The notes beneath the pieces were generated by a model. It had not been told where the DNA came from, did not search any database, and saw nothing but the letters and a program-made list of their open reading frames with translations. From Flectonema sp. DT1601 (taxonomy: Eukaryota), in contig OZ025789.1 of assembly GCA_964019425.1 (NCBI GenBank), positions 1,488,001 to 1,544,701 on the forward strand: a DNA stretch of 56,701 nt. The letters are read 5' to 3'. Below, piece by piece: positions 12,628 to 24,214 of the stretch. A program made the translations under genes and the position numbers. How positions within the stretch are numbered: position 1 is the first letter of the stretch; every line of letters starts with the position of its first letter.

Positions 12628-14832
12628 ATGGCCGGTTTGATGGGGTCACTAGATGGACCTGTTCATTTTGAGGAAGATGAGGATGAATATCTATTCAGCG
12701 AGTACAGTATCGATGACACACTTGACTCACTCACTCGGTTAGAGAGATACCACGGTTCTGACTTCTCGTTGCAGAGAATGGTACTTGTGAGGGACATAAC
12801 TGATACAGCGAAGGAAGCTGGTCACGAAGCAACAATCAAACGACTTCTTCCACTGCTACCCGCCTTCGTTAACGATAGCGAACCCGTCGTCCGACAGGCA
12901 CTTGCTGAGCAAATGCACGCCTTGGCTGAGTTCATGGTCAATACTGGAACACCAGCCCAACGTGAGGAAGGATACAACGAAGTTCTTAACAGTTTTCTCC
13001 CGTTCACAATCGAACTCCTGAGTGATAAGAATACAGACGTCGGAGGGGCAGCAATCCAGGCCTTACTGAAGGTCTGCAATTTGGTGAGACCAGAACACTT
13101 CGAAGCTCACGTAATTTCACTAATTCAGCAACTAGCGCACGACAAGCGTGCAGAAGATTATCGGGCAGTGGCAGCCCAATTGTGTGATGAGCTCGCACCT
13201 TTGCTGGGAAAAGAACTTTGCTTGGCGAAGATTGTCCCGGAATTCCAGACTCTAGCTGCCGACAACGCCTTCGCAGTTCGTAAGACCATCGCCGGCCACT
13301 TGGGCAAGCTTTCGGAAACTATCGGAGAAACAGAAACCGTTGATAAACTTTTCCCAATCTACGAGACCCTTGCAGTTGACATGATCTGGGGAGTCAGAAA
13401 GGCCTGCGCCGAGTCTGTGCCAGCCATCTCTCGGTGTGTAACTCCTGAAATCAGAGCTGGGAAATTATCCGAAATATTCCTCGAGTACCTTGTTGATATC
13501 TCGCGGTGGGTGAGGGTATCAGCGGTGACTAACTTGGGTCAGTACCTTCACACGTTTGGTGGACCAGAAGAGTGTCCAACTAAGCTGGTTGAAGTATTTG
13601 CGAGTATGGCTGAATCGACGAGTGACCAGGACTCAGATTACCCAGAGCTCTGTGCCTACAGTTTTCCAGCTGTCGCTTTAACTGTTGGAACTGACAGATG
13701 GTGCGAACTTGAAGCAGCATTCCTGAAGTTGATGGAACAGACTGAATGGAAGGTTCGTCGTACTCTGTCGTGCTCTCTTCATGAAACCGCCAAGATTGTC
13801 GGCCGTGAAGTAACCGAAAAGACTCTATCTCAGGCTTTCGACCTCTTCTTGCGTGACCTTGACGAAGTGAAGGTGGGATGTCTGCAACACGTCGCTGAGT
13901 TCTTAGAAGTTATGGGACCAGAGAAGAGAGAACAATACATACCTCAGATGTGTGCTATGACTGATACTTCTGATTCCTGGAGACTGAGAATGTTAATCGG
14001 AAGCACGTTGGGTGATCTCGCACACTTGCTGAAGGTGGAATTCTGCAGAACAGAGTTAGTGCCACTCGCCATTAAAATGATGGAAGACTCAGTGTCTGAA
14101 GTAAGACAAGCGATGTACGTTTCTGTTGCAAAGATTCTAAAACGCCTCCGCGAAGGTACCGATAACTGTTATTCAGAACTTCTCGAGTCTATTCTCTCAT
14201 GCGCTTCTGCATCCTCCTTTCAAAGGCGTCAGATGCTCCCACACATCGCTCAAGAGTTAGTTTTGTTAGGTGAAAAAGACTTCTTTTTAGAACACTTCTT
14301 GGACTCCATGGAAGGGCTTTCTAAGGACCGCGTCGCAAATGTTCGAATCATTGTTGCACGATGTTTTACAGAGATTGTTGAACATTCGGAGGAGTTGAAA
14401 ACAACTCCACGAGTTGACGCGCTGGTTCAGCAACTGCAGGACGATTCTGACAGAGATGTCGCTCATTTTGCCGGCTCCGAATTGCTTTACGACACCAGAG
14501 ATCAAGATAGATTAGAGAACGAAGACTTGAGAGAAGCGGATGCAGCTGACGTTAAATCTTTGCAACAACCAACTGCTGAGAGTGTGCCGGTTCATAAAGA
14601 TACCGAAGCAGGAGAGGAACAACAACCAGAGCAGAAACAAGATGATCAGCAACAAGAACAGGCATCTGAAGACACTGAAATGATTCCTTTAGAAGACACG
14701 CCTGAATCAGCGAACCCTGAAACAAATGAGTCCAAACCAGAGGAAGCGCTGTCGCCAGAACTTCAGGAAACAGAAGCCAAGGACGAAGGTATTACCTCCG
14801 AGGAAAAAGATGATGGCGATGCCGTAGCATAG
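12628..14832 (+). CDS. PPP4R1: HEAT-repeat protein, PP4 regulatory subunit 1-like
   Basis: HEAT repeats (DSEPVVRQ, WGVRKACAE, SRWVR, CAYSFPAVALTVG, WKVRRTLSCSLHE, DRVANVR) and an acidic tail. Confidence 0.8.
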   Translation: MAGLMGSLDGPVHFEEDEDEYLFSEYSIDDTLDSLTRLERYHGSDFSLQRMVLVRDITDTAKEAGHEATIKRLLPLLPAFVNDSEPVVRQALAEQMHALAEFMVNTGTPAQREEGYNEVLNSFLPFTIELLSDKNTDVGGAAIQALLKVCNLVRPEHFEAHVISLIQQLAHDKRAEDYRAVAAQLCDELAPLLGKELCLAKIVPEFQTLAADNAFAVRKTIAGHLGKLSETIGETETVDKLFPIYETLAVDMIWGVRKACAESVPAISRCVTPEIRAGKLSEIFLEYLVDISRWVRVSAVTNLGQYLHTFGGPEECPTKLVEVFASMAESTSDQDSDYPELCAYSFPAVALTVGTDRWCELEAAFLKLMEQTEWKVRRTLSCSLHETAKIVGREVTEKTLSQAFDLFLRDLDEVKVGCLQHVAEFLEVMGPEKREQYIPQMCAMTDTSDSWRLRMLIGSTLGDLAHLLKVEFCRTELVPLAIKMMEDSVSEVRQAMYVSVAKILKRLREGTDNCYSELLESILSCASASSFQRRQMLPHIAQELVLLGEKDFFLEHFLDSMEGLSKDRVANVRIIVARCFTEIVEHSEELKTTPRVDALVQQLQDDSDRDVAHFAGSELLYDTRDQDRLENEDLREADAADVKSLQQPTAESVPVHKDTEAGEEQQPEQKQDDQQQEQASEDTEMIPLEDTPESANPETNESKPEEALSPELQETEAKDEGITSEEKDDGDAVA

Positions 14833-16867
14833 ACACTATCAATTAAACGTGTCTTACTTTCTTCTCGTCATTTGGGAATTAAAGCCACGTGGTCTTCCTG
14901 TTGCCACAGCGATATCTGTTTAGGTCTGAGAAGAGAACTGCGAGCACGGAGCGGAGGTGATCAATTTTTGTCCTCTTCCCCCCTCACCCCATATTGCCTA
15001 GTTTTCTTCTTTGGAATAAGAAAATCAGTTAAACTGAATGCTTATTATAGTAGTTGCACTTTTCGAATACAAAACCATTTTTTAATATGTTTCTGACAAT
15101 ATCGGGATAAAAAAAAGAAATCGGCACGCGGTCGAATCCATTTCCCCAGCCCTCAGGAGATTCCGAACTGGTTGGTAAAAGCAGCAAAGAAATACAATAC
15201 TTTGTTACCCACAAAAGACCGTTGGAACGTACACAAGTACTCCCCTTCCCCGACATAGTGCCTATTTGGGTTTCACTATTCGTATGTGGCTTGGTTACAA
15301 GTAGGAAATATAAATATTGATGGCGTCCTTTGCCGATGTAGCTCGGTCGGTCGATCAGCTTCGTCGCAACGTTCATTGTAGTAGTCTGGTTAACAGGTCA
15401 GAGTCTCAGACACAAGCGACTACGACCGTGAGGTAGCCGCTACTTGCCTTCGATCTGAATTACTCTGGAAGCCTGTTGCGGGTGCTGTCTTGCTGACGGT
15501 CTCTCCCAGCAGTGTATTTAAAAATCGTGTAGCAGTTTTTTGTCACTTTTTATTTTATTTATTTATTGAAAATTATTCATTTCTTTTTTTTTAACTTCCG
15601 TTTCTTTTAGTTTTAAAAAATAGGAGAGAAAAAAAAAAAAAAGAAACGAAAAAAAAAAGAAGAAAAAAAACACTATTTTGCACCGAGAAATGTAAGAATC
15701 CCTCGCGGACGTTTCCTTGTTAACCAGGAAATAATATTTAACGAAGCGCAGGAAGAAAACAGAGTGTAGACGTGCCCCTCCCCTTGTGACTTATCACTTG
15801 ACAGCAGTCGTTGAAGACCAACGCAACACGAAAGTATATTTAGTGCTTACCTGTGGCCTTAAAGTTTATTCTGGCTGAGAAAAGAAAAAAACTTGCGTTC
15901 CCTAAGAGAAAGAAACGAAGCTAAAACCGAGGAACACATTTTTTAGAAGAAAAAAAATATGGAAGGAGAAAGAAGAGGAGATGAAAAAAAGAAGAAAGAA
16001 AAAAAAAGAACAACAATTATAAAACTAAAACTCAATCACTGCCTTGTGTAAGCTTAGTTTGGAGGAAAACAGAAAGCTGACTCAGTTGTCACATATCTGA
16101 CTCGTGCAAATAGAAATTAAAAAAAAGAAGAACAAAATAAATACAAGACACCGTAGAGAATGGTATCAACAAGTTTATTCTATACTTTTATTTTCCCCTA
16201 TTTTTTCCCCCTTACCTTTGTTTATTTTTATTAGCATTTTATACAACCGAGTGTTTTAAAGAAAGCGCGAAGAAGGAAGGAGGAAACAAAATGAGATGAT
16301 GTCTTTTCCCTCACCCCCCCTTTTTTTTCTCTTTTCATTTTTCTGGTAGAAGAGATAATTTGAAAGAAAGCAAAGGTGCAAAAATGAAGAACTTTTTCGG
16401 CAGGTCGATCTTTTACAGGTCAATCACAGAAGTTGGAAATAAGGAATGTTAAGCCAAATAAAAAGTGCAGGAAGTTGTAGTGCTACATCTTCCTCATCAT
16501 AAACCAACAACAAAGACTATTCTGGACGCTCCCAACTTAGAACGGACAGGAAGACGAATGTCCCTAAGAAAAAAAGAATCAAAAAAAAAAAACCAAAAAG
16601 CAAACAAAAGCCGTTCTCCCCCTTGTTTTTTTTTTTTTTTTTTCAGTGGAAACATATTTCAAGAGCACAAAGAAGGGAAATGAAATCGATGTGCGGAGAG
16701 ATCGTCAGATGAGCAGAACAATATTTTTCCTCTTAAAACTTCCACTTCTGTAGCATCAATAGCCAAAAAAACATGCCAAGTTTGGATTAGGTAGCACACC
16801 ACAGGAACGTTCTCACGGTTTTTTAATCAATTCTCCCAGAGCTTATATACCCAATTTTATTAAGAAA

Positions 16868-17605
16868 ATGATGCGCCAAATGATGAAGCCAGCCCTTAGA
16901 AAGATGGGATCCCGTAACATCCATCACCTGATATTCGTTGAGGACCACGTTGTGATTACTGGTAACGAGACGAGATTAAGCAACCTCAAGCAAGCTTTGG
17001 AGGCCATGAAGCCAAAGCTGGATTGTGATTCCAGCACTTTGATTAAGTTGAACAGTGGTTACTACAGACCAAACAAGATCACTGAATTCGCTGCTGGTGA
17101 ATTCGATGTTGATGCTGCCTCTGACCTTGACGGAAACAAAGGTTCATCCGGCCTTTGGGGAAACATCCACAAAGTTATTAAAGACAGAGGCGATGAATCA
17201 GTCAATGTTGTTATTCTGACGAACGCTGCTGATGATTGCTCGAGAGGATGCAGTGGAATTACTGGAAGTGAATTGATGATGAAGAAGATTTCTGAAACAG
17301 GTGCCTCTGGACTTCGTCACAGCACTTCGATTGTTGGTCTTGATGTCACTCGCAGTATCGAGCGTGAGTCAATTGCCAGAGCTTGTCTGTGGTCGGGTGG
17401 TAGATCTGTTTTCCTTGACTGTGACGCTTCTGATGACGATGGTGTTTGTGTAACATCAACTGAAGCGAAGGACTTTTTCACTGCCTTCAACGTCACCGAC
17501 GTAAAGAAGCTTAACGCTGCCGCAGCTGCTTCCCAAAAACAATTTGAAACCGTCGGAACGAACAGCGTTTTGGAGGAGATCAAGCACATTACCCCACAGT
17601 ACTAA
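16868..17605 (+). CDS. Hypothetical protein, degenerate vWA-like, possible mitochondrial presequence
   Basis: Basic, Met/Arg-rich N-terminus; VVILTNAADDCS resembles the vWA 'ITDG' segment. Confidence 0.6.
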   Translation: MMRQMMKPALRKMGSRNIHHLIFVEDHVVITGNETRLSNLKQALEAMKPKLDCDSSTLIKLNSGYYRPNKITEFAAGEFDVDAASDLDGNKGSSGLWGNIHKVIKDRGDESVNVVILTNAADDCSRGCSGITGSELMMKKISETGASGLRHSTSIVGLDVTRSIERESIARACLWSGGRSVFLDCDASDDDGVCVTSTEAKDFFTAFNVTDVKKLNAAAAASQKQFETVGTNSVLEEIKHITPQY

Positions 17606-18472
17606 ATGACTTGGAAAAGTGTCCTTTTTGAAAGAAAAAAATCAATTGAGATAAAAAAAAAGATCAAACAAAAGAATAATCATGAAGCGTCTTTCATTGT
17701 AAATTAGCATAGAACTCGTTCTGCTTTAGGTTGACGATGTATTACCCATTGAGTTATTCAGTGGGATGTCAATCTGTTTGAATAGTCGACGTTCTTTTAT
17801 GAATAAATGAAAAAGACAATTAAGAAATAAATGTTGTCAGTTGTGAAAGTTATATCAAAAAGCCGTGGCTAGAATAGTACGTATTTAGTTATTCACATTA
17901 CGTGTTTTGCACAACAAAACCGTGTCGTCTGCTTTCTTTCTCAGTTTTAATTACAAGTGTTTCATGCTGCTTTAAAAGCAGCTGTGTACTATTCTAGTTC
18001 GTTGAGTCTTACTGGTTGGTCTTATGGCCACCAAGAAAAGTTTCATCTTCTCCGTTAAAAAAAAAAAAAAAGCATAATCAAGAAAAATGTATACCTTTTA
18101 TCTTATCCCGACCATTTTTTATTTATTTTATTTTTGTTTTTCCTGTTACGTTGGTCAGCTCGACTGTAAGACACTCATGTGAAGAATCCTGCGGAATCGA
18201 TTGGGTTCTAATTTTTGCTCCTAACGATTCCTAAGAGAAAGTCGAAGCTAGAGAAATCATGTAGACATGGTTCTCCAACATATTAACGTAACAGACAGTT
18301 ATTTTAGTGTTTAAAGAAAACAAAAGTTGAAACCCTTGTCAATGTGTGCATTACTTTCCAACGTCCGTTTTATTCTTACAGGATTGCAACACACAATTGT
18401 TGTGAGCAAATGAATAAAAGATAAGTTATTTGACTTTATTATTCAGTAATCTACCAGGTGATGTGATGAACG

Positions 18473-19513
18473 ATGGATGGTGATGACAGCAGTTTCGTCT
18501 CGTGCAACGAGTCGCCAAGGTCGCTTGAATTGAGGACTGATGAACCAGAAAACAAGAAAATAGTTCTTCAGCTTACCGATGTGATTCAGAGTCTGCAACG
18601 GCAAATATCTGAACTGGAGGAAAAGAGCAGCAGCTACTCAGAAGACAGTCAAAAAGAGGAGGGGGATATACTTACTATGCAGCATGACATAATAAAGGGA
18701 AGACTTGATAAGTACCGACAGCAGTACAAACTCGCAAATGGAAGAGAGCCTGACAAGATGGAGATGATGGCAGGGCCAATGAGGCAGCAGTATTTAAAAT
18801 TCAAAGCCATAGTTAATGTGATGAAGAATAAGGAAGACTTGCAGAAAAGGCAATCTTCTGCTAGCGAAACCGGTGAGCAGCTGAGAGCCGAAATTTCCAG
18901 GCTAACTGAAGAGAATTGCAAATTGCAAGAGCAGAACTGTGCACTCCGAGCAGAGCGAAGATCAACAAGACAAGTTCAGCATGCAAACAGCCAGCTTGCT
19001 TCGAAGCTGTCCGAGTTGCAGATTCGCAGCCAAACTGATCAGGTGACTGATGTTTTGCCTGCTGATTGTGTCACGGATATTCCCTTTGTTAGTCCTATTA
19101 AATGGGGTTTGAGTTCGAAGTCTGCAATCGACTTAAATATTTACTGCCGCAATTCTTTGGTTGGATTCAAGACTTATCATACTGGTGTTGTAGTGCACGG
19201 TCGCGAGTACTCTTTTGCTCACACACATGGCGTCTTCTGGACCCTTCCAACAAAATCTGCGAAAAGCTTCTTATCAACTTCCCAGTTGGGAGATGTTTCA
19301 TTAACCCCACTGCAAGTAGAAGCAGTTATTTCATCGCTGCTGTGCACCTGGTCACCAGATTCGTATCACATCATCAAACGGAATTGTAACTCGTTTTCCA
19401 GAACATTTATTGCTACTCTTTTTGAGAGAGATGGCCGTCGGACTCCGGAGTTCCCAGCCTACATAAACAGACTTGCTGATACTGTCCCAGCTGCGCTGGC
19501 TGCATTCATGTGA
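18473..19513 (+). CDS. Coiled-coil plus PPPDE/DeSI-family peptidase domain protein
   Basis: YHTGVVVHGREYSF and YHIIKRNCNSFS supply the His/Cys dyad of PPPDE. Confidence 0.82.
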   Translation: MDGDDSSFVSCNESPRSLELRTDEPENKKIVLQLTDVIQSLQRQISELEEKSSSYSEDSQKEEGDILTMQHDIIKGRLDKYRQQYKLANGREPDKMEMMAGPMRQQYLKFKAIVNVMKNKEDLQKRQSSASETGEQLRAEISRLTEENCKLQEQNCALRAERRSTRQVQHANSQLASKLSELQIRSQTDQVTDVLPADCVTDIPFVSPIKWGLSSKSAIDLNIYCRNSLVGFKTYHTGVVVHGREYSFAHTHGVFWTLPTKSAKSFLSTSQLGDVSLTPLQVEAVISSLLCTWSPDSYHIIKRNCNSFSRTFIATLFERDGRRTPEFPAYINRLADTVPAALAAFM

Positions 19514-19766
19514 TTATTTTGTTACACTTGCGCTGTTAACTTTTTAAGCGCTCAGCACCTTCCGTTCTGGTTTCCACCTGTTTCGTTTCTCGCATGTTCT
19601 TTGGCGCAGTTTAAGATCTTTGGTAAGCAACTTCCTTTTCCAGGTTAACAATATGTGGGTTAATAACCCTAAAACCCTTTAGGCCACTTTTCCTTTCGAA
19701 TTTCTTATTTTTTGACAAAGGGGAAAAATGTACTATCCCAAAAAAAAAGACACAATTTTTAAAGCT

Positions 19767-19837
19767 TTAACCCTTACACCCCCCAAAATAACGAGTACAA
19801 AATTTTACTGTTTTTTCAAAAAGAGAAAAGGTACCCT
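19767..19837. repeat. Orphan duplicated piggyBac terminus
   Basis: TTAA-CCCTTACACC...AAAATTTTACTG..TTTTTCAAAAAGAGAAAAGGTACCC repeats 19912-19992. Confidence 0.7.
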
Positions 19838-19915
19838 GTAGCGAGGGAATGGCACTTTGCCACTTACCGCTTGTTGACCGTAAATGCGGGTTATCACGTT
19901 TCCTTTTTGTTTTAA

Positions 19916-21657
19916 CCCTTACACCACCGTAAGAACCCCCAAAACAACGGGTCCAAAATTTTACTGCTTTTTCAAAAAGAGAAAAGGTACCCCCCCAGAA
20001 AACCTATGTACCAAACCGGACACAACTACTCCTACGGGTCAATAGCACCTGTCACCCACACACCTAACGGTGCGTACCTTGGTGCGTTGTTGCACATTCA
20101 GCAGAACTAACAAAGTCGGCAGTGTCGCAATAACGTACTCAACGGTTTCCATTCATAGCGGCTGCATGTTATTCCCTTCCCGTATTTTGAAAGGGATGAT
20201 GTTTCTGCGCAACATCATGTCAGAGGGAGCCCAAGTAAAGAGAATGCCAAATCACGGCCGATATTAAATCGAAAAATCAGATTTTTTCCCTGTTTTTTGA
20301 GCTTGTAAAAGCCCTCTGTGGTCGCGGAAAATACACAAACAACCCGCATCATGGCACAGCAGGTTCAGACACACAGGAGGATTACCGCATCGGGGTTGAT
20401 AAGCTCGAAAAATACAAATAACATCGATCCCAGATCATGTAACTTCATTAGTAGCAGTGCAGCTACTTAGATCAGACCGTGTTGGGCTGGATCTATAAAC
20501 TTCCACCTCTTTACCCCACCAGCCTGGCATACTGGATTTTTGGGAAGTTGGCGGTTTAGGAACATCACAAGGAATTTTGTAGTTTTGGAGAATGTGATAC
20601 CTTTTGAAATATGGGTAAGCACAAAGCGCTTGGTTGCATCGCTCACAGTAATCTAGTGATTGTGCGCGCTTTGCGCGAACTGCACACTGACGAGCCTTTT
20701 CCATCTTTCCGGGGTAGTGTCCCAAAGCTGGCTTGAGGCGATCAGGGATTGATACTGATTGTGGAGAAGGCGGTACTGATGGTGTTATTAATAGTGTTGG
20801 TGCCGCTCTGGTACGTTTAAATGTACCTAAACTGCCCAAAACAAAGCCAATTTGAAGGATAAGAATCTCTTGCTTCTCCAGCCAGATTCACTACTATCCG
20901 TCCAAATTCCACCATGCCCACGTCGCATCAGGATAAAGGAATTCAAAATACACGTCTCCACTTCGGATCCTCATGCTCGGGAGCAGGTAATATCGCAGAG
21001 AAGTGTAAGTTCCTCAGTATTTCGGCAAAGCGATTACATGAAAGCACTTGCGGAAAGAACAACAGGGGGGGGTCAACAGCATGTCATTCAAACCCCAGGA
21101 ATCCCCTAGGTTAGATTTTATTGGGAGGATAGTGTTGTGCCAACAAAGGCCCTTCGCTCCTGCTGCGTACTGGTTTTAAATTTTCTTCCCCTCTGTGAGG
21201 CATAGACCTCAGAGTTTTTCTTCATCAGCTGGAAAACTGACTATCCGAAGAAAAACTCAAAAACCTGCAGCTCCGACTTGCGTGCAACTCTAATCTTTAA
21301 CGTTTCTTGGAAACGCGTTTTTATTCTTGGTAACCCTTGTTACCTCCCCTCCCCATTTGGAGTCAGATACTTCGTCAAGTGACGAATCGGAGCACACCGA
21401 CGATGGATTAACAAATACTGTTGCATCCTCATCAGAACTGTGGACCGACATATCTCCCAAGTTGATTTTGGCCAGCTTTAGCAAATGGAAAATTTACCAT
21501 TTAATAAAAACTATTGCGGCGCAACACGTAAGGAACATAAAAGACATCTCAATAATACCTCTCCCGTGAAATCGTTGTACTCAGAAATGCAAAATTTTCA
21601 CTTAGCAAAAAAAAAATTTTTTTTCAGACTGATATATCAGCTCCGGTGGTGTAAGGG
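19916..21657 (-). mobile_element. Internally deleted piggyBac-like DNA transposon
   Basis: 14-bp TIRs CCCTTACACCACCG (19916-19929 / 21644-21657), each flanked by TTAA. ORF 20435-20839(-) keeps the Cys-rich C-terminus (HYPG...RQC...YCERCNQALCAYPYFKRYH); acidic N-terminal remnant near 21290-21484. Confidence 0.88.
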
Positions 21658-21869
21658 TTAAGTTTTTTGTTAAAGTGGTTAGATGTGCTACGTTTATTTC
21701 ACAGCGTGTTTCGCCATCTTGAACAACTTTTAATACAGTTTTCGTATCATCAAATACCAGTATATCACTGGCTCCACATAAAAGTGATAATTTTACCCCT
21801 AGTTTTAAATAAATGTAACAATTAGGAGAAAAAAGGTCAACCTCGGCTCTTTATTTTTTTTTCAGGTTC

Positions 21870-22260
21870 CAAATGCGCCTGTGTGATTAAAATTTCCACC
21901 ACACCAGTATCTGCCAACACTTTTTGCATATCTTGTGCTTGATGCAATCTGTAACTCTGTAGAGGAAAATAGTAAATCGGTGTTTTTCAGCCATTTTAGT
22001 ATGACTCTGATTCAAATAAAAAAAAATCGGGTGATGAAACCTTAACAAGTACCAATGAATGCCAGTCATGTCTTAATCTGACCGAATACTGCCTCTTGGA
22101 AGGGTATCGAGAAACCGTCTGTCTCTTGAGGAACTCATCAACGGGAACTCGGGCCTTCTCCTGTACTAGCTGCTTATTAGTCTGACCTAATATACTCTTG
22201 CGCACGAAGGCGCTGTAGGTTATTGTGCCGGTGTTATCCTCCTCTTCGCTACTGTAGAAA
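21870..22260 (-). pseudogene. Possible second, decayed piggyBac transposase C-terminus
   Basis: Frameshifted TITYSAFVRKSI...RLRHDWHSLV...DCIKHKICKKCW segments; no TIRs found. Confidence 0.3.
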
Positions 22261-23200
22261 CTCTCAGCTCCGCTATCATCTGACTCCTGGTTTTGTCATC
22301 ACTTGTTTTCATCATCTCTATTGAGACAGTTGATAACCCTTCTGAGTATCTCAAGATCACAATTCTTCAATTCTTTGCAGTGAGAATGTGAATACTTAAC
22401 ATAGTGCCTCAGAGGTCTCATCATAAGCTGCGAGTGATACCTGCGGTATCAAGGCTGCTGACGCAGTCATTAATGGGCCAGTCCTCATCTCAGGTTCCCA
22501 TTTACAGCCTGAACTCGAATCTGAGGATGAACATACCTGTCAGTCTGCTGAGGTTATTCACAATTGCTGGGAGAATCACGCCTTCCGACGGATGGTTATT
22601 TACAATGTGGGGAATCTCAAGGTCGACGGTATCAGAATTGTGAGACCAAAAGCATGAAGTTGTCATCCCCCATACCCGCGAGGCACCTGAAACACATCGC
22701 TTTTCCTCTAGTTTTCTTCGCCAGATATTTCTGTAGATAACTCGGAAGAGCCTCAATCTTTTCATCAGCACTTCCTGCACAGAAAACAGCATCTCTTCCT
22801 TCGTGACTTATTGAAAATTGGCGTTTCATCGGAAAGTATTCATGCCCAGCCTAATCTAATGTGTTTTTCTTGCGGTTCCCATAAATCGGAATATGTCAAA
22901 TGAACCCCGAGAGCCGCGCCCTTCGTCTTTTTCTAAGGTTGATTTTCAAGACAATATAATGTATTAATTAAGTATAAAAGCTGTTACGGTAACTAGGCAA
23001 GTGAATTGTTTCTATCTTCTTTCTTTTATCAGGTGCAAAAAGAATGCGTAGCTAATTGCAATAAAGTACAGTCTCCAAATTTGAACCAATCTAATCCTCT
23101 AAATTTTTAGACCTGACAAGCTCAGGCTTTTGGAAACAATAGTTCCCCAATGATGTTTTTGTTGTATGTTTTTGTTGTTAGGTTTTTTTCTATTAAAAAT

Positions 23201-23282
23201 TGACAGGAGTGGGGTTTGAACCCACGCATCCGAAGATAGAGGAACTTGAGTCCTCCGCCTTAGACCGCTCGGCCATCCTGCC
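23201..23282 (-). tRNA. tRNA-Leu(CAA) copy 1
   Basis: GGCAGGATGGCCGAGCGGTCTAAGGCG-GAGGA-CTCAAGT-TCCTC, long variable arm, GGTTCAAACCC, TCCTGTCA. Confidence 0.95.
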
Positions 23283-23338
23283 ATGTCGGTATCAAAAATT
23301 TTTATTTATTAATAAATAAAATAAATAAACAAAAAAAG

Positions 23339-23575
23339 TTTTTTTTTTGGGAACCTTCCTAGCCGTACTTTCAACCCCTGCTAAGTGAGTCGCCTTTCTC
23401 TACCCTTTCTGTTGGTAGGTGAGTGAAGGTGTGTACTTGGAAGGCGAGCATCTCAAAGTCCGGGGCCCGACCGTTTGCCTTAGTGTCATTAGACTGGATT
23501 TTTTGCAGGGATCCTACCCTGAAAGTTGTCTATGGCCGGACTCGAACCTGGGTCGACACATTACCCAGGGAGCAA
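23339..23575 (-). mobile_element. Candidate tRNA-derived SINE or short retroelement with poly(A)
   Basis: Perfect B-box GGTTCGAGTCC on - (23538-23548); 3' end GGTTCCC-poly(A) at 23339-23348; no A-box seen. Confidence 0.45.
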
Positions 23576-23580
23576 AAATC

Positions 23581-23788
23581 TTATTTATTTATTTTGTCAC
23601 ATCTTTCTTGTCTCTCTTTCATTTTTCTTTTTTTTATATGAACGCTCTTCTTATTTTTTAACAAGACAAAGATACGCGTGCAACTGTCAGGAGTCCGTTA
23701 GAGGTCCTCCACGACAGATCGGCAGCTCCTGACACTGTCTGGGGTTCACTGGTTACCTACGAGCCATGAAGCTCTGCGGATGTCTCAG
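23581..23788 (-). mobile_element. 3'-end fragment of a LINE-B-like element with (TAAA)n tail
   Basis: Reverse complement matches 37406-37667 (CTGAG.ACATCCGCAGAGCTTCATGGCTCGTAGGTAACC...GATGTGAC.AAATAAATAA). Confidence 0.8.
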
Positions 23789-23796
23789 TTAAAAAG

Positions 23797-23880
23797 TTTT
23801 TTTTTTTCTTTGGTCACTTGTCTGTGCTTCCAGATTCTTTGTTTTTGTTCTTTTCACTTCTTTGTTTGTTTCTTTTATAC
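23797..23880 (-). mobile_element. 3'-end fragment of family C with poly(A)
   Basis: Matches 859-950 (GTCTGTGCT.CCA.A.TCTTTGTTTTTGTTCTTTTCACTTC). Confidence 0.75.
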
Positions 23881-23882
23881 TT

Positions 23883-23924
23883 GAAAATTTAGTTCAGGTG
23901 GCGGATGAACAAGAATCTCTAACA
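23883..23924 (+). repeat. Short LINE-A RNase H fragment
   Basis: GAAAATTTAGTTCAGGTGGCGGATGAACAAGAATCTCTAACA matches 29281-29325. Confidence 0.7.
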
Positions 23925-24037
23925 GCAAGTTCTTTTGCAGCAGGGGCACTTATCGGTGAAGATGCTAGGCAGGCAAGTTTATTCCGAAGATTCTTGTGAC
24001 GATTGTGTCAGTTTTTATGCAAGTCAAACATAAAAAC

Positions 24038-24119
24038 TGACAGGAGTGGGGTTTGAACCCACGCATCCGAAGATAGAGGAACTTGAGTCCTCCGCCTTAG
24101 ACCGCTCGGCCATCCTGCC
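24038..24119 (-). tRNA. tRNA-Leu(CAA) copy 2
   Basis: Identical to 23201-23282. Confidence 0.95.
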
Positions 24120-24214
24120 ATGTTTTTCTTTTTTTTTTTTATTTATTTATTTAGGGACCCCACAAAATGCCTCCACGCGGCGGTCTCGGACGGCTGCGAA
24201 AAAAAAAAATTAAA

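Noticed and set aside
14872..16683. Short ORFs in the A/T-rich intergenic region
   Set aside because: Low-complexity UTR/intergenic sequence with no coding signature.
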